Shown: piece after piece, positions 38,801 through 46,677 of the stretch
Layout of the letters: every line of letters starts with the position of its first letter
Position numbering within the stretch: the first letter of the stretch is position 1
From: a virus
DNA length: 64,000 nucleotides
Virus record (IMG/VR): IMGVR_UViG_3300045988_120811
Location: 1-64,000 of that record
Reading direction: 5' to 3' (one strand)
The notes under the pieces: generated by a model
Told to the model about the DNA's origin: nothing
What the model saw: the letters and a program-made list of their open reading frames with translations, nothing else
The model's database searches: none
Translations under genes and position numbers: made by a program

Positions 38801-41800
38801 TGATTCGGTACGTGCCGACTGTTCCGATTCTACATCATTCCAAAACCGATCATTAAATGACAGGTGACCTCCCAACATAAGTGCCTTCAACGCAGCTTCT
38901 CCTCCTGACTCGTTCTGAATCGTTCTTAATTTTTGCAAAAACGATTCTGATACGGAATTAGTGGCATTATTTGATTCTTTTCTCCAAACTTCATTTATGG
39001 CTTGTATTTCTTTGGCCATCTTAAGTTGGTCGCCGGTTTTTTCAACACGTCTGGTCCCTACATATATGTATTCCGAAGCTGCTTCCTTACGTTGTTTACG
39101 AAGCAGTCCTTCTTCTTCGTAGTTACTACTCTTATAGTAGGCAACCTCATCAAAATTACCACCGCTATCAATAAAAGGCTGCCTCAATATCCGTTTTTGC
39201 CGGGATAAGGCATTAAGGTATTCTTTGGTTGTTTGAGAAACCGGATGTCCTAATTCTTCTTCAGCCTTTTTGTATATGGATTCCATTCTTGTGGCGTAAC
39301 TTTCACTAAATTCCAATTCTGAATTTTCAGCATCCCACTTTTCCATCTGCTCCGTATAGATCTTTTCCTGCTCGATGGTAAAAATATCGGTATTAACCCT
39401 GTCAGATGAGGGCTTAAATTTAGCGTTTTCAGTAACCGTATTTCCGTCCTTGTCAACTACTTCTCTTTTAAATACGTAATTACGATTATTGTCAACCACA
39501 TCATTGATTTCTTCTTCTGATATTTCTATGTTCATGGCAGCCGCAAACGCACGCATCTGTGCCAGTTTCTTATTACGATCGTATTTAGCCATATCAAGAG
39601 CACTGCGAAGGTAATTAGAAGTTTTGCCATCTACTTTCTGAAGCAGTTTTTCAAATTCAGATTTGTTAAAACCATGCTTTTTAGCATATGCCAGGAAGTC
39701 GGATATGGCGGGCTGAGCATTCACCATCGCATTGTAATTGTCTTTGGCAATCATAGCTCCAAGAGCGTTATTGAACGGACTGGAAGAATGCTCTAATATA
39801 CCGAACCACCTACTTATCCAAGAGACATCATGTTGAACTTTGTCAAAAAATTCTTTTACTCTCTTTACCTTATCTGCCGGCACATGAAGTTCGTTCATTA
39901 ACTTATCAAGCAACGTGCTTTCATCAAGGTCTTGTACTGATTTAATATCAGACTGAATACCATTAATGTCGGCAATGACGGTATTGATCCTATTTGTATA
40001 ATCCTGCTTTTCACGTTCATCAAATTCGGCACTTCTGTTACGGATATATCCTCGAAGATCGTTCATGATCGGAAGAACCTGATTGTTGATAATATCTACG
40101 TTCTTTCGATCATTGGTATTGAAGTGAAGCTTACCATCTTTGGTATCACCATGAAGGATGGTGTTCACCACATTGCTTAAGTATCTGACCTGAGCTTCGG
40201 CTGTAGAGATCATGCTATTCATGGCAGCCGCCATCTCATTCTTGTCTATTTCGGTCTCTACCTTATTTATCTTATCTTCTATAGTCTTAAGCTGAGCAAG
40301 GGTCATAGACGTAGTTACAGCCCTATCAGAGCTTATCTGACGCAAGTCTCTTAAGGTTTTTCTCAATGCCCGGATCTTAGACTCAAGAAACTTGTTCTTG
40401 TTCATAGAAGAAAGGGAGTATAATGTAAAGTCATTATCCTTTAACAGAGAGGTGTCAAATCCTTTATCTATGTCAGTAATGGCAAGATCACGAATGCTTT
40501 TAATAACGTTATTCAAATCTTGTCTTTGGGTTGATAAAGCTGATTTAAGCCAGCTTACGATTCCAGAGAGAAGCTGCCGGACGCGCCCCAGGAAGGAGGT
40601 GGGCTCTACCGGCGCCTGTGCTGTGCCGGTCTGCATCTCCCTGGCGAGGATCTTTCCAAGAATTTCTCTCCTAACGGCATTATCAAGCTCAGATCCTTCA
40701 TATACCTTACCGTATGTATTATAATACTGACCTGCATACTGGTTCCACTCTTCCGTACCTTCTACATCTTGCAGAACAGCCTCAACAGCATTCTGATCTC
40801 TGTATGCCTCTACAAGGAAGTGGGATGTTTCTTCTACTAAATCAGATAAAGTAGCATCTTCACCAACTGCTATTACGTTATTGGCAATATCCGCCAATGC
40901 CTTAGCAGAAGGTTCATGCCCGTATTTGGTTTGGTACTTCTCTATATAATCGGTCATACCTATGACACTAACGCCAAGCGTTTTCAGTATCTCGACAATA
41001 GAATTTCGTTGGTCACGTTCCTGCCTGCTATAATCCGATACGATCTTAGCTTTAGTATCAGCATAAAGATCGTTGTCTTCTAATATGAATGAAACTACAA
41101 GCGCATCAAAATGATCGTACTTAGCATCCAATTCATTGTATCTTCCTGACTTAAGATCGTTCTTTATCTGCTCTTTGCTAACCCTTTCCGTTCCTCCGGT
41201 GGCGAGCCTCATAGTTACCTTACTATTATCCAACGAGCTTATGGTTATCATACCTTGGTCGTTCATGGAAACATCGGAACCAAAATGATTACGGAGCTCG
41301 GTGTAGGATAAGGATGAATTGAAAAGTCTAATTTGTCCTGTATGTCCTTCTCCTGTAAGATAATAGCTTCTTGTTTCAGGATCTAATATCTTAGATCCGG
41401 ACAAAAGACCTTTCTTTATAAGGTAGTTAATTATACCACCTTTTGTTGATAAAGAAGTAGAAGCAGACGCGGTCATGACCGGTATAAAAGACTTGGGATT
41501 ATTAAGAACATACTTTCCAGCCTTGTATGTAATGTCTGCCACGCCATCCACGGTAGATTCTTGAACGGTGCCGGATAAGAATCCTATTCTAATATCATTC
41601 CCACCAGAACGAAGAGCTTCTCCGTAATCTTCAAATAATTGACTACGATCGTTCATAAAAAACAAACGAGGCTCTCCGGTCTGATACGTTACACCCACAG
41701 GATTAGGATCTGCCTCCGGTAGCTCTTCTGGGCTAAATATCTTAAGACCGTCTTTTATAACCATATAATTAGCATCCTTATCCTGTACCATAGATACGGG

Positions 41801-42292
41801 AGTGAAGTCCGAAGATATAGCATCTTGTAGATACTGACCGGCGTCTATTCCAGGTCCTTCCAGCACGGAAATGCTTGACGGAACCATAGCATCCACCAAC
41901 ATAATATTATCACCCAGATCTTGGCTGTAGAATCCAAAGCCCGATTCTTGGATTTCATAAGGTGCATCTGATTTTGACACAAGAACAGGGTTACTCATCT
42001 TAGACGCCTTATCCAGCACCCTTTCTCTATAGGATTCCGGAATAAGGCCGATGTTGGATTTTACCTTATTATAAGCCTGTTTATTAACAGGTACATTCCT
42101 TCTCCAGTCACCAAAAGCCTTTAAGAACTTATTAGAAAATACGGTTTTAAAAACAGTAGTAGCCCGTTCCCTATTCTCCATAAGAGGAATAGATGCTATT
42201 TTATCAAACAACATAGACCTGTCCCCTGATCTGGTAGAGACAGAAACAACTTTCTTTTTATTATCTCTTTTAATAATACACGTTGATGTCAT
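35846..42292 (-). CDS. giant virion-associated protein (2148 aa), function unknown
   Basis: 6.4-kb uninterrupted ORF, largely alpha-helical composition; no recognisable catalytic motif (YDADGNE noted, not a convincing DxDGD). Confidence 0.9.
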   Translation of the reverse strand: MTSTCIIKRDNKKKVVSVSTRSGDRSMLFDKIASIPLMENRERATTVFKTVFSNKFLKAFGDWRRNVPVNKQAYNKVKSNIGLIPESYRERVLDKASKMSNPVLVSKSDAPYEIQESGFGFYSQDLGDNIMLVDAMVPSSISVLEGPGIDAGQYLQDAISSDFTPVSMVQDKDANYMVIKDGLKIFSPEELPEADPNPVGVTYQTGEPRLFFMNDRSQLFEDYGEALRSGGNDIRIGFLSGTVQESTVDGVADITYKAGKYVLNNPKSFIPVMTASASTSLSTKGGIINYLIKKGLLSGSKILDPETRSYYLTGEGHTGQIRLFNSSLSYTELRNHFGSDVSMNDQGMITISSLDNSKVTMRLATGGTERVSKEQIKNDLKSGRYNELDAKYDHFDALVVSFILEDNDLYADTKAKIVSDYSRQERDQRNSIVEILKTLGVSVIGMTDYIEKYQTKYGHEPSAKALADIANNVIAVGEDATLSDLVEETSHFLVEAYRDQNAVEAVLQDVEGTEEWNQYAGQYYNTYGKVYEGSELDNAVRREILGKILAREMQTGTAQAPVEPTSFLGRVRQLLSGIVSWLKSALSTQRQDLNNVIKSIRDLAITDIDKGFDTSLLKDNDFTLYSLSSMNKNKFLESKIRALRKTLRDLRQISSDRAVTTSMTLAQLKTIEDKINKVETEIDKNEMAAAMNSMISTAEAQVRYLSNVVNTILHGDTKDGKLHFNTNDRKNVDIINNQVLPIMNDLRGYIRNRSAEFDEREKQDYTNRINTVIADINGIQSDIKSVQDLDESTLLDKLMNELHVPADKVKRVKEFFDKVQHDVSWISRWFGILEHSSSPFNNALGAMIAKDNYNAMVNAQPAISDFLAYAKKHGFNKSEFEKLLQKVDGKTSNYLRSALDMAKYDRNKKLAQMRAFAAAMNIEISEEEINDVVDNNRNYVFKREVVDKDGNTVTENAKFKPSSDRVNTDIFTIEQEKIYTEQMEKWDAENSELEFSESYATRMESIYKKAEEELGHPVSQTTKEYLNALSRQKRILRQPFIDSGGNFDEVAYYKSSNYEEEGLLRKQRKEAASEYIYVGTRRVEKTGDQLKMAKEIQAINEVWRKESNNATNSVSESFLQKLRTIQNESGGEAALKALMLGGHLSFNDRFWNDVESEQSARTESNNKASYLKMAHDIISSTTSDRDATDVDSIVKDIEKNKAIIKEIIGNNRDVADIGEINEATFTSSERDAFRAASEAIETDYAILIDYAKMVGLEDIDKYLTKSSKAENEVNQSYLNALADSKEVEWKFVQRHTTAKKAKRIQALRDKLFKAADNRYLFTVSETNYLSEKLGISKELDGRDFRNAVNAKMASLFLNNTREEGIEADIKAGIEEANAIVNEFARSQVFSYYKRMAPTGYAAMIDKIGRGEIDVAQMVKDVQNGTSTQDYGMDISYLSFDPARAWVAESEAENSGRNPDYVKDHGYGHRMPKKSLYRDESYFNDFGIKYDADGNEVATKNVDQWNMIQKLKEIKRQSLDLYKEQSPNLYAIPQISKQDIERIEGLGINFKNTVRNFVSDLCLDRVDDSLYGKTRQGEVYDPEDRLRSIPKYYIYELENQDDVSHDFGYSYSMLMMQSSLYNEKQKSIELAQGLEQMLLNKQFEGGKKAEATQAYQMFRDFFNDHYYGIRMNTKKLTVNIGGYTVDLTRIMMAVERFMSVMNLALSPFVAATGALTGHINLIMESAVGQYISKDSLKYASAEFSRLAPSCIAETGDIDRKSKLYVIGERMGIFNIRNRMYGAGYNRVARTLMRSPMYAFMEILNYPLDPQVMIATMDNVRYYKGRFYTFQDFKMEKERNKEQSTIKREWNALKDRTLWSMVDVVDGKVVVKPGSGVTVEEVETQMAITRNQVRSLSQICNGSLNEENRTAASRNWIARFMTAHRGWLVLAAQRLWKRRGFNFQTMQEEEGLSITLKNMISKTFSLASESGMKNIIDAWNENKDNMNEVEKTNLKRLSVYAGTFLIMQAVSMLLAGWRDDDENEESWLTQFGSYVGFRTINEIASQMPFIMELNVVDIINDPFVMGRKLKDLTDLRNYSLDKVTSGTYKGESKLFRQLAKQTFIKQWYNIKTPEDVARAYNWWQQTNNKSMMFFIGATPDSEGDDDVSYK

Positions 42293-42314
42293 AGTAAAAC
42301 ATTTTTGTTATAAG

Positions 42315-42322
42315 ACAAAGGT
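42315..42322 (-). promoter_or_regulatory. Bacteroidetes-type -7 element TAccTTTG upstream of the 2148-aa gene
   Basis: plus-strand caaaggta, reverse complement TACCTTTG, 22 nt upstream of ATG at 42292. Confidence 0.35.
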
Positions 42323-42342
42323 AGTTAAAAATCAAGCATATC

Positions 42343-42383
42343 ATAAAAAATTAAGCCATCTAACTTCTCAGTCTGATGGCTTA
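42343..42383 (-). terminator. intrinsic terminator after the small-gene island
   Basis: 10-bp stem ttaagccatc...gatggcttaa followed on the minus strand by TTTTTTAT. Confidence 0.55.
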
Positions 42384-42433
42384 AAAACGATATGAAAAAA
42401 AATTATAATCTGACGTAAATCGTCAAGTTACGC

Positions 42434-42757
42434 TTATGCATTATATTTGTACCCATTTCTATGAATAAACCTTCCAGATTCGAACCTTTCCACATCATCC
42501 GGTCCAATAGGTCCGCAGTCTTCCCTCCTTGCCTCATACCACAGCCCCAGCTTACGGAGCCGGCAGGTTATGACGTATTTAAAGCAGTTGTGAGTAAAAT
42601 GGAATACGGATCCTACTGGGAAATACCTGGTAGTTTGAAACACTATTCTTTTTCGTTTAGTATCAAACGTGATATCTCCTACTACCTTAGTCACGTAATA
42701 GCTTATGCCATTTAACGTTTCATCTGTCTGCGGTATCCAATAATAACCTCGTGCCAT
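42434..42757 (-). CDS. hypothetical protein (107 aa)
   Basis: ORF in minus-strand small-gene island. Confidence 0.5.
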   Translation of the reverse strand: MARGYYWIPQTDETLNGISYYVTKVVGDITFDTKRKRIVFQTTRYFPVGSVFHFTHNCFKYVITCRLRKLGLWYEARREDCGPIGPDDVERFESGRFIHRNGYKYNA

Positions 42758-42786
42758 GCCACAAATATATGAAAAAGTCGGATAAC

Positions 42787-43107
42787 TTACGTACCCGACT
42801 TTATTATTTGTTTAAATAGTCCAATTTCATCTATTTTTACATGACCGCTTTGCATACTACCATTATTAGAATTGTAAAGAAAATTGAAACCACTTTCTTT
42901 TTCCTGTCTTTCAAAAGAACTGATATCCTTTCCTCTACGAGCTCTTCCAAAAGCTTTCTTGAACAACTTTCCTCTGAAGGTCTTGATGAGGATCTTGGTA
43001 GCGTTATTGCCAGCTCTTACCATCGCTTTCCTTGCCTGGTCCTCCGAGACAAAACTACTTTGGAAAATATACGATGCTGCTGCTTGTATGTCCTGCTTGG
43101 TAATCAT
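42787..43107 (-). CDS. hypothetical basic protein (106 aa)
   Basis: ORF. Confidence 0.5.
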   Translation of the reverse strand: MITKQDIQAAASYIFQSSFVSEDQARKAMVRAGNNATKILIKTFRGKLFKKAFGRARRGKDISSFERQEKESGFNFLYNSNNGSMQSGHVKIDEIGLFKQIIKSGT

Positions 43108-43454
43108 ATTATAAACATTTCTTTCAAAATACTATTTTGTATACTATATATCAATTTCATCCCATCTCTATCATATACGTCAAAAAAGGATTCACTTAAG
43201 TTCTTTGGATTTACATTCAGTTGAATTATGCAATTACCGGTATAAACCTTAATCCCGTAATTATCAGAGTATATATCCTGCATAGTATCAAATGTCTCAA
43301 TTAAATTTTCAACAAGGGCTCTGTTAAATGAAAAAGATTCTTTACCATTACCTTTAAATGTGATATGATCTAAATTAATGTTGTCAAATACATACTCTAA
43401 CTGATTGCCGTCCATCATATTATAAGTGATTGACTTTTTGATTACAAATCCCAT
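43104..43454 (-). CDS. hypothetical protein (116 aa)
   Basis: ORF; ATGA-type coupling. Confidence 0.5.
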   Translation of the reverse strand: MGFVIKKSITYNMMDGNQLEYVFDNINLDHITFKGNGKESFSFNRALVENLIETFDTMQDIYSDNYGIKVYTGNCIIQLNVNPKNLSESFFDVYDRDGMKLIYSIQNSILKEMFII

Positions 43455-43475
43455 ATTATTCTGTTTTTTTAGTTG

Positions 43476-43781
43476 TTAATATAAATCTTCTGAATACAAT
43501 TGTTCCCTAATGGCACTCCTATCTACTACCATTTCCTGATTATTATTTTTAACAAGTTCAGACGCATCCTCTCTTGTTAAAAACCGGTTCTTGCTTGTCA
43601 AAAATCCTTGAACACTGCGGTTTTTATGAGCAATACCATAAGCTGCAAACTGAGAAATGATAGAACAATGTCTCAATCCACAGAACACGGCGCCGGATGG
43701 TATATTGGTGGGCTGATGGGGACGCTTCTTGCCGTCCTGCACCCAGATGGCCGCGCATATCACGATTTCCTTATCACACAT
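43476..43781 (-). CDS. hypothetical protein (101 aa)
   Basis: ORF; ICAAIW...CGLRHCSII motif of unknown family. Confidence 0.5.
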   Translation of the reverse strand: MCDKEIVICAAIWVQDGKKRPHQPTNIPSGAVFCGLRHCSIISQFAAYGIAHKNRSVQGFLTSKNRFLTREDASELVKNNNQEMVVDRSAIREQLYSEDLY

Positions 43782-43784
43782 AAA

Positions 43785-44054
43785 TCAATAATTTAAAATA
43801 CCGTTTTTACCAATATGCTTCTTTTCTTCTTCAGTAGGCCATTCTTTCTTGAACTTACCGTGCCACGTTCCAGGAACCACCACCAGTTGGTCTTCCTTAT
43901 CATATTCAATAGCAGCACATTCAGAACAAAGAGGCTTACCTTCATATCCCTTTAGCGACTTATCGTAAATACGATTCTTACAAGGTCTTGTAAGAGCCCA
44001 GTAACACGATGTGGCTGTATTATCTATACAGCCACATCGTGAACAAACAAACAA
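43785..44054 (-). CDS. Cys4 zinc-ribbon protein (89 aa; no ATG, TTG start or readthrough product)
   Basis: CSRCGC...C...C..C and CSEC; ORF lacks any ATG and is in frame with the upstream 257-aa ORF across a TGA. Confidence 0.4.
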   Translation of the reverse strand: MFVCSRCGCIDNTATSCYWALTRPCKNRIYDKSLKGYEGKPLCSECAAIEYDKEDQLVVVPGTWHGKFKKEWPTEEEKKHIGKNGILNY

Positions 44055-44060
44055 ACAAAC

Positions 44061-44834
44061 TCATTTCACAACCTCCCAGTCATTCGACGATATATCTTCT
44101 ATACTTGGATTCCACGATGTCAGCCTCCGTGTTTCTTCATTTATAATTATGATCAATGACTTTTCCACATGAATTGAGCTAACACCACTTTTTCTAAAAG
44201 CATCAAGATGTTCATTTTTCCACCCATGCCTTTTGATATTATTACCATTTTTCAAAAATTTAAAAGCTTCTTCAAATGTTAAACCCGATTTCTTTCGAAA
44301 AAGATACTGTTCAAGTCTGTCTGCGGCTTCATTTGGTGTATGGCCATCATATTCGAAAGCGGTTTCTCTTTCTGGAACATCAAACAAATCCCAGTATTTG
44401 CTTTCATAGTGATTAGACACCTGACCAGTGGGTAACATTGCCATCACAATAAACCAGTCATCAGAACCGAAGCATCTTTCTCCGTCGCTGTGTCTCCTTG
44501 ATTTGCAAACTTCAACCTGTCCGTTTCTGGCTAATAAATTAAAGAAGGCGGCATTATACAACATACGGTACCGATACAATTCATTGAAAGTATGGTATCC
44601 GTCAGAAACTTCTCCCATGTCTCCTGGTTCTGCTTCAGGTTTAGAATGATTAGGATAGTAGTAGTCCACTGATGCTTTTAACACGGACTCGATGTGTTCC
44701 AATATCCTCGTAGCATCATCATGTTTAAAAAAATACTTGAATCTTTCAACGAATTTAATATCTTCATTGATTGTTGATTCGAACTCTTCTTTTGTCATCA
44801 TTCTAATTACATCTTTAAAATCTTTTAATTCCAT
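44061..44834 (-). CDS. DUF2829-domain protein (Tad2-like C-terminal domain) with an unknown N-terminal domain, 257 aa
   Basis: C-terminal FEEAFKFLKNGNNIKRHGWKNE ... SWNPSIEDISSNDWEVVK matches DUF2829 hallmarks (ealkqGkkvrReGW ... WtPSqeDLlaeDWeiV). Confidence 0.55.
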   Translation of the reverse strand: MELKDFKDVIRMMTKEEFESTINEDIKFVERFKYFFKHDDATRILEHIESVLKASVDYYYPNHSKPEAEPGDMGEVSDGYHTFNELYRYRMLYNAAFFNLLARNGQVEVCKSRRHSDGERCFGSDDWFIVMAMLPTGQVSNHYESKYWDLFDVPERETAFEYDGHTPNEAADRLEQYLFRKKSGLTFEEAFKFLKNGNNIKRHGWKNEHLDAFRKSGVSSIHVEKSLIIIINEETRRLTSWNPSIEDISSNDWEVVK

Positions 44835-45064
44835 TATTTGTAATATTTTAATTGTTCATAAATCCTATATTTACTTATATCATCGCACAGGTTACACCCT
44901 TCCGTACATCCACAAACCGAACAATACGAGTCTCTTTCTTCCTTCGGTCTGGATTGAAAATCTCTTACAGCCTTAATCCATATAGGAGAAATAATCTTAC
45001 CGGAAAATACAGGTACATTTAAAAGTAGTGTTTTCATGATTTTGGCAAAACATTCATATAACAC
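44834..45064 (-). CDS. Cys-rich small protein (76 aa)
   Basis: CSVCGCTEGCNLC cluster. Confidence 0.45.
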   Translation of the reverse strand: MLYECFAKIMKTLLLNVPVFSGKIISPIWIKAVRDFQSRPKEERDSYCSVCGCTEGCNLCDDISKYRIYEQLKYYK

Positions 45065-45252
45065 GGCACATCTACCACATCTCTTCTATGAAGTCTCTTT
45101 TCAAAATAGGAAACCATGTAAGTGTTTTTACCTTCGTGATCAGGTCTGGGATCAAAGCATTCAAAAACGAATCTTGTTCTACCTTCAAGATGACCAAACA
45201 TGAAAACAAATTCGCCACCGTATCTTTTACTGGCTAATTCTTCTACGGTCAT
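45034..45252 (-). CDS. hypothetical protein (72 aa)
   Basis: ORF. Confidence 0.45.
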   Translation of the reverse strand: MTVEELASKRYGGEFVFMFGHLEGRTRFVFECFDPRPDHEGKNTYMVSYFEKRLHRRDVVDVPCYMNVLPKS

Positions 45253-45476
45253 AACCTATCTCCTCCCAATCCTGAATTGATACTCACATACTTAACACGG
45301 ACACCATTTCCACGTCCAAGCTGACCCCAGCCGGGCGATGGGGTTCCCTTAGCCGGAGCAGGGACAGCCCTAAGCCGAGGCCAGTCCTGCTTTTGCCTCA
45401 TGGCTTCTGCCTCTTTGTAATACCGGTTACACAGCTCTTGATCTTCGTAACCAACGTAATCTTCCTTATTTTCCAT
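45249..45476 (-). CDS. hypothetical protein (75 aa)
   Basis: ORF; contains GC-rich island. Confidence 0.45.
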   Translation of the reverse strand: MENKEDYVGYEDQELCNRYYKEAEAMRQKQDWPRLRAVPAPAKGTPSPGWGQLGRGNGVRVKYVSINSGLGGDRL

Positions 45477-45545
45477 ATAGAATACTTTTTCAACAAAAGT
45501 ACGACATTCATGAATTAATTAGATTTAAAATAAAACAATATGAAT

Positions 45546-45581
45546 TAAAATAAAAACCCGATACGTTAAAATCGCATCGGG
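45546..45581 (-). terminator. intrinsic terminator
   Basis: hairpin cccgatgcg-attttaa-cgtatcggg (9 bp, one A-C mismatch) followed on the minus strand by TTTTTATTTT. Confidence 0.5.
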
Positions 45582-45604
45582 CCTGGTATTGAAAAAAAAT
45601 AGGT

Positions 45605-45787
45605 TCAGATCTTGGGTAAAGATTCGAGCCAATTTTTAACATCTTTATATTTAGGGTCTTTGTATATTCTATCTTTCAGTTCATGCAATGCTGAGTCCAT
45701 AACCGTATTCGGTACGCCAATCAACTCTCCTATTAAATACAATGGGGTTTTATTCGATTTAGATTCGTGTGCTATATTCATATCCAA
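45605..45787 (-). CDS. hypothetical protein (60 aa)
   Basis: short ORF. Confidence 0.35.
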   Translation of the reverse strand: MDMNIAHESKSNKTPLYLIGELIGVPNTVMDSALHELKDRIYKDPKYKDVKNWLESLPKI

Positions 45788-45867
45788 AAAAAAGTTATGT
45801 GAAACAAACCGGCCACGGGTATTCTATTGCCCGCCGACCGGTATAATATTTTTATTCCTTTTTTTTC

Positions 45868-45896
45868 CAAACGGGAAAAACGGGAATGCGGGAATC
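45868..45896. repeat. tandem 9-bp repeat aaacgggaa x3 in a 470-bp non-coding stretch
   Basis: aaacgggaa aaacgggaa tgcgggaa read directly. Confidence 0.5.
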
Positions 45897-46257
45897 ATAT
45901 TTTTTACTATGGCTCCCGCACCACCGTTAGCCCCGGCTCCATCTAAAAGGACGATTTTATCACCACCCATAATTTTATAGTATTTAATTGTTAAACATAT
46001 GTGCATGAAGCACGTAACAAAGATCATGATTGTAAGGTGGAATATTGGTGTTTTTATTTCCTATAGAAGAGAAGTATTTTCAGAAAATACAGAAGAATAA
46101 TACACAATGAGTGATTTTCCTATTTTGAATAAACGCTATAAAACAAACCAGGACCCGCATCACTGCGAGCCCTGATCTACACTAATCTAAACTAATACCA
46201 TGAAAAACTTAAATCTAAAAACTAAAGAACACACAAATGTATGAAAATGTATGCTTT

Positions 46258-46455
46258 TCACAAAGAATCTGTATCCTGTTCTTTTGTGTGATTCAAGACA
46301 TGGGATATAGTTCTGATACTTAATCCGGTTTGATTTTGTATCAGATTATAAATATAGGATTTTGAAACTACAGTTCTTAATTGACCTAAATCATTCATAA
46401 TGTTTTTATACATAAGATGAATGCTGTTGTTACGTTTGATGGTACTGATTCTCAT
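46258..46455 (-). CDS. hypothetical protein (65 aa)
   Basis: ORF; TATTTTTG -7-like element upstream at about 46545-46552 on the minus strand. Confidence 0.4.
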   Translation of the reverse strand: MRISTIKRNNSIHLMYKNIMNDLGQLRTVVSKSYIYNLIQNQTGLSIRTISHVLNHTKEQDTDSL

Positions 46456-46677
46456 TTCCTACTGTTATTAGTTACGTTCGGTTCTTACTTTTTCCTTATT
46501 TCCATAATCTCTTCCTGAAACTAATATTGCAAACTCAACAAAAATAATTCATAAACAATGAAAATCTAACTCTTCTTGTATGTTGTTGATATACGTGCAT
46601 ATATAAGAAAAGTTAGACTTTCACAAGCCTCACTTCCCAAATTATAACTATGAAAAAACTATATATATATACAAAAA

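Noticed and set aside
36209-40724. Plus-strand ORFs (74-159 aa) lying inside the 2148-aa minus-strand gene
   Set aside because: Antisense to a long, clearly coding ORF, with low-complexity translations; they are by-products of the opposite coding frame.
45824-46027. 67-aa ORF (GGDKIVLLDGAGANGGAGA...)
   Set aside because: Low-complexity product overlapping tandem repeats and a GC-rich structured segment in an otherwise non-coding stretch; likely spurious.
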